64,000 nt of DNA. Origin: a virus. The DNA lies in IMG/VR virus record IMGVR_UViG_3300030061_003795; one strand, 5' to 3'. The position numbers and the translations under genes were made by a program. The notes under the pieces are model-generated. The model worked only from the letters and a program-made list of their open reading frames with translations, was not told where the DNA came from and ran no database searches. Positions 57,541 to 64,000 of the stretch are shown piece after piece (positions within the stretch are counted from its first letter, which is position 1; the number at the start of each line of letters is the position of its first letter).

Positions 57541-58188
57541 ATGCCATTAAAAAAGATTATAACCAAAACACAAGTCTTAACAGCGATGAAACATACTTTA
57601 AGTAACAGGGCAGCCTCTCGTTATTTGGGGTGTTCATATCAACACTATAAGAAATATGCTAAACTATATAAGGGGAAAGATGGAAGAACGTTATTTGAAG
57701 TCCATTTAAATCAAGAAGGTAGAGGCATTAAGAAATTTTTAGGTGGTAGTGCTGACAACACACCCTTAATGGATATAATTGAAGGTAAAGTAAGTGTAGA
57801 CAGTTTTTCAATCGATAAATTAAAAGCCAGATTAATTAAAGACGCTTTTTTAAAAGAAGAATGTTGTAAGTGTGGTTTTAGTGAAAGAAGGGTCGTAGAT
57901 TTCAAAGTACCACTTATATTAAATTTTAAAGATGGAAATAAGAAAAATTGGCAACTAGAAAATATGGAGTTCAATTGCTATAACTGCCAATTTCTGTATA
58001 TAGGAAATGTATACAGCGATGAACAACTTAAAGCAATGGAAGATTACCATTCCTACAAAACGGCTTCTATAATGGAAGATGTTACCTGGGATTTAGATGA
58101 AGCCCAAGTTGAACACCTTAAAGAATTAGGTTTGTGGGGTTCGAAAGATGATGATGATGATGAATTAAATTTAATAAGTTATAAATAA
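57541..58188 (+). CDS. HTH plus degenerate HNH/zinc-finger protein
   Basis: SNRAASRYLGCSY; CCKC...LNFKDGNKKNWQLENMEFNCYNC. Confidence 0.65.
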   Translation: MPLKKIITKTQVLTAMKHTLSNRAASRYLGCSYQHYKKYAKLYKGKDGRTLFEVHLNQEGRGIKKFLGGSADNTPLMDIIEGKVSVDSFSIDKLKARLIKDAFLKEECCKCGFSERRVVDFKVPLILNFKDGNKKNWQLENMEFNCYNCQFLYIGNVYSDEQLKAMEDYHSYKTASIMEDVTWDLDEAQVEHLKELGLWGSKDDDDDELNLISYK

Positions 58189-58192
58189 TAAT

Positions 58193-58534
58193 ATGGAACT
58201 AGAAAAAATAAAAAAAGCCATTAACAAAAAACACCCAGGATCTCAAGTGGTTTCTGATGGTAAAGGTTTGTTTTACATCCAAAACGAAGATGGAAAAGAC
58301 ATAGCCAACTTAAATATTTCAAAAGCACTTGATGAATTTGAGTTCAGTTATGACGACTATGGGGTAGATAGATTTTGTAACGTTTTAAATTCTGAACCTA
58401 CTATTCCACACAGTGAAACCGTGTTAGGGGCATGGAATAACGCATATACAGCGATGAAAGCACACCATATTATAGGCGTTAATAATGATAGATTTAACCC
58501 AGATAAAATCAGAAAAGATATAATAGATTTTTAA
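58193..58534 (+). CDS. Hypothetical protein
   Basis: 113-aa ORF. Confidence 0.55.
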   Translation: MELEKIKKAINKKHPGSQVVSDGKGLFYIQNEDGKDIANLNISKALDEFEFSYDDYGVDRFCNVLNSEPTIPHSETVLGAWNNAYTAMKAHHIIGVNNDRFNPDKIRKDIIDF

Positions 58535-58550
58535 GATTCATTGTAGAGAA

Positions 58551-58581
58551 TTTGGCGAACGTAAAATCGATTCGTATATTT
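58551..58581 (+). promoter_or_regulatory. Promoter TTTGG-N19-TATATTT
   Basis: Recurrent motif; implies the downstream start is 58609. Confidence 0.7.
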
Positions 58582-58608
58582 AGTTATATTAAAAACCAAA
58601 AACACTAT

Positions 58609-59010
58609 ATGAATAAAAAAATGATCATCGGATTGGCTATACTATGTTGTATGCAAGTAAAAAGCCAAACAGTTAAATCAGTGTACGCTGAATTAGTAAA
58701 ACAAGACGTTAAACACCCTGAAATAGTATTAGCTCAATCTCTATTAGAGACTGGATGGTATCAATGTGATGGTTGTTCTATGGATGTAAATAATCTATTT
58801 GGTCTATATAATTCTAGGAAGAAAGAATACTTCCCCTATGACAACTGGAAAAAATCAATTGGGGGTTATAAAAGGGGTATTCAATATAAATACTTCAAAA
58901 AGGATTATCAAGACTACTATCAATTTCTTAACGACATTGGATATGCTTCCGATCCACAATACACAATTAAATTAAAAAAGCTTGTTAAAAAGATAAAAGA
59001 TGCAATTTAA
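58609..59010 (+). CDS. GH73 glucosaminidase-like peptidoglycan hydrolase with signal peptide
   Basis: AQSLLETGW, NNLFG, GYASDPQY; N-terminal MNKKMIIGLAILCC. Confidence 0.85.
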   Translation: MNKKMIIGLAILCCMQVKSQTVKSVYAELVKQDVKHPEIVLAQSLLETGWYQCDGCSMDVNNLFGLYNSRKKEYFPYDNWKKSIGGYKRGIQYKYFKKDYQDYYQFLNDIGYASDPQYTIKLKKLVKKIKDAI

Positions 59011-59371
59011 AATTTCTACCAGATTAGTAATCCTTACAAAAAATAAAGCATATAAAATCCCATTAGGGAGAAGGGGATGGCTACAAGGTAAAAATGAAAA
59101 TTTCATATGGAACAAATATGGAACTTTAAATCTATTAGCACCATTAATTTGGGAATTTTTAGGAATAGTTTGTCAAATGAGAATAAAACCAATTAAAGAA
59201 ATAAACAGCAATAAAGTGAGAGCAATAAAAAATTCCATAAGTGAATTTAATTTCTCTAATTGCGATTTATATAATGCTAAAAATTGGGGTAAATACAACG
59301 ACACAGTATTACTATTAGATTATGGAATAAACGAAGAAATTAGTAAAATGTATAAAAACAAAATAAACTAA
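59000..59371 (+). CDS. Minimal protein-kinase-like protein
   Basis: AYKIP, NE, DL....NWG, LLDYG. Confidence 0.55.
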   Translation: MQFKISTRLVILTKNKAYKIPLGRRGWLQGKNENFIWNKYGTLNLLAPLIWEFLGIVCQMRIKPIKEINSNKVRAIKNSISEFNFSNCDLYNAKNWGKYNDTVLLLDYGINEEISKMYKNKIN

Positions 59372-59496
59372 TAAAGCTATGAGAGACATTAAAAAAGAAA
59401 TGATGAAAGTCAAAGCTAGTAAATTCCAAGAATGGTACAATAGCTTAACTGAAGAAGAAATAAAAGTTTATAAAAAAGAATTAGCAAAATTAAAAA

Positions 59497-60651
59497 ATGA
59501 GTAAATATTTAACATACTACAAATCACATTACGACAACGCAGGAGCAGTTGTAGTCTATGATGGTGTAGCAGAGGAGTATATTGACCTTTCAGACCGCCC
59601 AGACATTAAACAACGAGCAGAAAAAGCAATTAACACAAACACCATTCTGGTTACTTACAAACGAGGTACTCGAAATGGATTCAAATATATCGAACCTAAC
59701 GAACTTGAAGATCATTTTGGTAGTTTAAAAGCAGTTGTAGGACCATCCACACAGCCTATCCTACGTAGGCTGAAAGTCCTTGCAAACACCAAACCATCCA
59801 ACTATGAAGTGTCAGATCTCAATTGGAGATTTATACTTCGCAATATACTTCGCGCCAAAAACTTACTAATCGTTGGTCCTTCCGGCTGTGGTAAAACGCA
59901 GTTAGTATTTGAAGCAGCCAAAGCATTAGACCAACCTGTAGAGTACTTCAATTTGGGCGCAACACAAGATCCTAGAAGCACTTTAATTGGAAACACACAC
60001 TACGACAACAATGAGGGAACATATTTTAGCGAGTCGGCGTTCGTTAAAGCAATACAAATACCCAACAACGTAATATTATTAGATGAAATATCAAGAGCAC
60101 ATCCAGAAGCTTGGAATATATTGATGACTGTATTAGATGAAAAACTTCGATATCTAAGGTTAGATGAAAAAGACGACACACCATTAATTAAAGTAGCAGA
60201 GGGTGTAAGTTTTCTTTCAACCGCAAACGTAGGAGCTGAATACACAGCAACTAGAGTTTTAGACAGAGCATTGAAGGATAGATTTTCCATATTAGAAGTC
60301 GAGCCACTTGAGTTTTTAGAGGAAGTAAACGTGTTAGCTGGGCTTTTTGAGGGTCAATTAGAATACGATGATTTTAAGAGAGTAGCCAACGTTGCTTGTA
60401 AGACTAGAGCAGAAGCTACTTCAAACGACCCCAAAATATCAACTATTATTTCAACTAGAAAAACAATTGAATGGGCGGAGATGATGGTAGATGGATTTAC
60501 GTTTGAGGAAGCTGCTAAAATAGTTGTTTATCCATTATTTCCTGACGACGGAGATGTGGATAGTGAGAGGGTATTCGTAAAGCAGTTATTACAGAAATAC
60601 AGTGTAGATGACAGTAAATTAAGTGAAACATTAGGAGAAATTTTTAAATAA
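59497..60651 (+). CDS. MoxR/CbbQ/CobS-like AAA+ ATPase
   Basis: GPSGCGKT, LLDEISRA, TAN, LDRALKDRF, STR. Confidence 0.88.
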   Translation: MSKYLTYYKSHYDNAGAVVVYDGVAEEYIDLSDRPDIKQRAEKAINTNTILVTYKRGTRNGFKYIEPNELEDHFGSLKAVVGPSTQPILRRLKVLANTKPSNYEVSDLNWRFILRNILRAKNLLIVGPSGCGKTQLVFEAAKALDQPVEYFNLGATQDPRSTLIGNTHYDNNEGTYFSESAFVKAIQIPNNVILLDEISRAHPEAWNILMTVLDEKLRYLRLDEKDDTPLIKVAEGVSFLSTANVGAEYTATRVLDRALKDRFSILEVEPLEFLEEVNVLAGLFEGQLEYDDFKRVANVACKTRAEATSNDPKISTIISTRKTIEWAEMMVDGFTFEEAAKIVVYPLFPDDGDVDSERVFVKQLLQKYSVDDSKLSETLGEIFK

Positions 60652-60656
60652 AGGTT

Positions 60657-62504
60657 ATGAGATATACAGTTAGATACATTAATGCAGCAAATGAAATAAT
60701 AAATTACTTACACACAGATGACTATTCAGAAGCAGTTAAGACAGAATCTGAATTAAGAGATAAAGGTTATGATCGTCAAAGTGTTTGGATTGCGGATGCA
60801 GTAAATGAAATATTAGTAGGTTAAGAAAAATAAATATTATGGCAATATTAAGAAAATTAGTTACATATACAGATTATAGGTGGGAAGAAACTGAAAAACT
60901 GACCCCAGAACAGATAAAAAAATGGAAGACTGGAGATGAAGATCTTCAAGAAGAGGTAATGGATGAAGTTGAATTTGAATTGGCACGAGATAAGGTTTTA
61001 GAAGATCATGATTGGCCAGAATTGATTGAGAAAAATGGGTAAATTTGGAAAAGCAAACAAATATGTGAGAAAAAGATTCTTACAAAGACGTACTAGAATA
61101 TTTACTAGGTGGTTAAAGATTAATTTTGAAAAACCATACACAATATCCCTTGCAATATTTTTTCCATTTGCTCAAGCATTTCTAGCATCAGTAATTGTGT
61201 TGTATACTTCACCTGAGAAAAACGAAATTGGAGATAACATATCATTATTTGGGGTAGCAGCTGTATATTACTTAGCGTTTGCTATGAATAGTAAGAGAGC
61301 AACAAGAGGTAGTTGGTTAGGATTAATATTATTAGTAACATTTGGAGCATTAGGAATTATATGTGGTAAAATGTTTACAATAGCATATACATAAAATTAT
61401 GAAACACTTAAAAACAATATTTATTGTAGTAATAGTAATAATTCCATTTATACATGATTGTCAGACAGACAGATGGAAAAAGGATAAAATAGAATTAAAT
61501 CAAAATAAAAGGTGAATAAAGGAATTAAAAAAATTACTATGAAAACCCAACTATTATTTAATGGTTGGTGGGCTCATTATCATCCTAATTGTTGGTTTAA
61601 ATCATCAGAAGATACTCAATATTTAAATGGAGAAGGAGTGTTAGTTGGTTTTAGACCTGAAGAAGAAGGAATAACAATGGAAGAAGCGTATAATAAATCA
61701 AAAAATGACAATTAATATTCCAGACGGATGGTGGTTACAGATTAGTCCACTAGCAAGAATCAACCCCGATAAGTGGATTGTTGGGGTACTTAGAAAAGGA
61801 AAGAAATCGTGGATAACAGAAGAGGCCAAAAGTGGATTTACTACACCTCAAGAAGCATACGATTGGGGGTTAGAATGGATAGAAACCTATAATAAAGAAA
61901 ATAATGGTAAATAGTGGTAAAGAATGGGATTGGATGGATGATGAATCAAAAAAACAAACTGAGGCTAAAAAAGAAATAACTGACTTAGCAGATGAAATTA
62001 GCTTCAGATTATTAGCAACAAAAGACCACCCTGAGTATGAGTGGTTAATTAAAAGATTAGAAGAAAAATGGACGGAATAGCAGCATTTAGTTGGGCGTTT
62101 GCCTTAGTAGTAACAGTTTATATATTATTTAGAAGAGTCAATAAAAATGAAGAAAAATAACCCTAAATGGATGGAATATTGGGACAACGTTAACGTTGAA
62201 CTATATGCTTTAATAAAACAAGCTAAAAAAAAGAACAATGAAAATTAAAAATGTAGAACACAACGAATTAATAGCTACTCGCGTACCTCCCGGTGATCGT
62301 TGGTCATTAACTGGTGATAACAGCACTCAAGTATATCCTTCAATAACTGATGCACTTGAAGCTTGGTTTGCTAGAAACGGCGAGAAGGTAGAGTTTAGAT
62401 TAGCGCCAATTGATGGTAAATTATTCGCAATTAGAAATGAAGAAGTAGAAGTAAAACCCGAACCTGTTAAAAGATATAACATCTATGGGGATCCCACAGG
62501 GTAA
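60657..62504 (+). other. Cluster of small hypothetical ORFs (60657-60824, 60839-61042, 61026-61394 membrane, 61512-61715, 61705-61914, 62238-62504 and shorter ones)
   Basis: Tightly packed short + strand ORFs typical of phage early/accessory regions. Confidence 0.6.
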
Positions 62505-62539
62505 GGTTGTAGGCAGCATTTAATTATATTTATTAGTAT

Positions 62540-63187
62540 ATGAGTAAAATGGAAATTAATATTATTGTTCGTGACATTGAAAATTACAATGTTTTAAAGA
62601 AATTTCTTAAATCAAGAAAAATTACAATAATGGGAGAGTACTTCCCAGGTGATTATGGTTTTCCTGAAAAATCAGATTATTTATGTAATGTTGAAGTTTT
62701 AATTACAATGGAAGATTATAAAGCTTTAGCAGACGATCCAGACATTGACGTTAGTTTTATATTAAATACTGCTATGTCATTTCCTCTAATGGACGATTTA
62801 AATAATCTCCCTTTTATTAAAAAATATATGAATAAAAATCTTCAATCCTCTGATAAAAGTAAAGAAGGGGATGATAAGTATTTAGAAGAAAGACTAAACA
62901 AAATAAACACCTTTCTATCAGCATCCCATTTATTTATGTTGAAGATGTTTAAAAAAGATAGAGGGGTTGTAAATCACTTTATTAAATCTAAAATGATGTC
63001 GAATAAAGACAAAATAGCAGATTTAGACCAAATGATAGAGTATTTTGAAGGCGATCCTAATGACATAGAATCACAACGATTTGAGGATTGTGCTTTTATT
63101 CAAAAAATTAAAAAAAGAATATTAAAAAATGAAGCCAATAAAATTAAAAAAGCTGCTAAACGAAATACTTCAAACGTGGCAAGTTGA
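62540..63187 (+). CDS. Hypothetical protein with UVR-like C-terminal motif
   Basis: MIEYFE...QRFEDCAFI. Confidence 0.5.
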   Translation: MSKMEINIIVRDIENYNVLKKFLKSRKITIMGEYFPGDYGFPEKSDYLCNVEVLITMEDYKALADDPDIDVSFILNTAMSFPLMDDLNNLPFIKKYMNKNLQSSDKSKEGDDKYLEERLNKINTFLSASHLFMLKMFKKDRGVVNHFIKSKMMSNKDKIADLDQMIEYFEGDPNDIESQRFEDCAFIQKIKKRILKNEANKIKKAAKRNTSNVAS

Positions 63188-63488
63188 AGCATTTCTAAAT
63201 ACAGATAGAAAAACAAATATTACAGACGTTCTAAACCAAATTAGAGCACTTAAGAAAGTAACTATTGTCAGTAATGTTACTCCTGAAGATCTTCAACAAA
63301 AGCCTAACGTTGAATCTACTGTAATTAAGATGAAGTTTGTTACTAGAGGAAATCCTAAAGAAGATTTAAAGCAATTTAAAAAAGACATTATGACTTCCGA
63401 CCTTGAAGTCAACGATTTAAAAATTCCAGGAGTATTAACAGTCATTTTTAGGGAAAACACATTAACTAGATTATCAAACATAGATTAA
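63129..63488 (+). CDS. Hypothetical protein with IKLKKLLNE leader
   Basis: MKPIKLKKLLNE; ITDVLNQIRALKKVTIV. Confidence 0.6.
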   Translation: MKPIKLKKLLNEILQTWQVEAFLNTDRKTNITDVLNQIRALKKVTIVSNVTPEDLQQKPNVESTVIKMKFVTRGNPKEDLKQFKKDIMTSDLEVNDLKIPGVLTVIFRENTLTRLSNID

Positions 63489-63489
63489 G

Positions 63490-64000
63490 ATGGATAACTT
63501 TAATTTAAGAAAATATCTTACAGAACATAAATTAACACGTGCTTCAATTGAGTTAAATGAAGTATCTTTAGATACATTACAAGATCAATTTGTAAATACT
63601 GGGAGAATAACTTTAAAAGTATTCAACGATATAGTAGATGCAGCCCAAAGGGACTCCGCATTTGCTACTTGGTTGACTTCTAGGGTGGCTGGTTCTAAAA
63701 AAGCTAGACCACTTATTAAAATAGAAGATATACCTAAATATAAAACTTACTTAGACATATTTAAAAGAAATAAAAACAAATATCCACTTAAGGATATTAA
63801 CATGATTAAAGACCAAAATGCATTAAATGACTTTATTAAAGTATCCAAAGACATATCTGATGCAGAGGGAGAAGACATTTCATCACAAAAGGGTGTGTCT
63901 AAAGCAGATAAATATGCTCAACTAAAGATTGGTGATGTAGGTGGATATGAAATATTTAAATTTCCAAAAGGATCAGAAGATTTATATGGAGCGAGTTGTG
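63490..64000 (+). CDS. 3'-truncated protein with MDNFNLRKYLTE leader (absent from ORF track)
   Basis: Open to window end: MDNFNLRKYLTEHKL...KDINMIK...LYGASC. Confidence 0.7.
   Translation, partial: MDNFNLRKYLTEHKLTRASIELNEVSLDTLQDQFVNTGRITLKVFNDIVDAAQRDSAFATWLTSRVAGSKKARPLIKIEDIPKYKTYLDIFKRNKNKYPLKDINMIKDQNALNDFIKVSKDISDAEGEDISSQKGVSKADKYAQLKIGDVGGYEIFKFPKGSEDLYGASC

Noticed and set aside
33163-58608. Extended starts in the ORF track (33163, 51099, 54088, 56943, 58552)
   Set aside because: They overlap upstream genes or promoters; downstream ATGs (33241, 51111, 54127, 56976, 58609) fit gene packing better.
2278-63481. All minus-strand ORFs in the track and the alternate-frame ORF 10443-10658
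   Set aside because: Short, lie over well-supported + strand genes, composition typical of antisense shadows, no motifs.
1-64000. Stop-codon reassignment, tRNA or rRNA genes
   Set aside because: Conserved genes are full length in code 11 and end in TAA, TAG and TGA; intergenic gaps are short and no cloverleaf was recognised (tRNAscan not run).

Overview
This 64-kb window is a segment of a large, AT-rich, lytic-type tailed phage genome (myovirus-like, T4-type replisome). It is densely coded on the + strand in the standard genetic code. A Bacteroidota host is likely, based on TTTGG-N19-TAYATT promoters, A-rich leaders without Shine-Dalgarno sequences and a DUF4494-like gene. Gene order: end of a tail/baseplate module (1-8.3 kb); replication/recombination genes (divergent short PolA-like protein, gp32-like SSB, RecA/UvsX, 5'-3' exonuclease, helicase, class II RNR); a 7-deazaguanine cluster (TGT/DpdA-like, QueC, QueD, QueE, FolE2); dUTPase, PolB, clamp, GroES/GroEL, clamp loader, Nmad1/DUF1599 and a Cas4-like nuclease; a ~19-kb glycan locus (about 10 glycosyltransferases, NeuB/NeuA/HAD phosphatase, Gmd, aminotransferase, amidotransferase, 3 methyltransferases); then accessory genes. 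Most notable: (1) unrelated cargo proteins share a 19-20-aa MKKS(Q/E)L(R/K)xII...(L/I)xE leader, which looks like a capsid-targeting, protease-cleaved packaging system and includes a fused polyprotein; (2) PolB has the near-invariant motif-B YG replaced by CM, next to a deazaguanine pathway; (3) the PolA-like protein lacks the steric-gate Glu; (4) there is a KDN/Neu5Ac-9-phosphate-type sialylation route with a Maf-like transferase; (5) an unannotated ArfA-like small ORF sits directly behind an early promoter. All family calls come from motif recognition by eye; no database searches were run.
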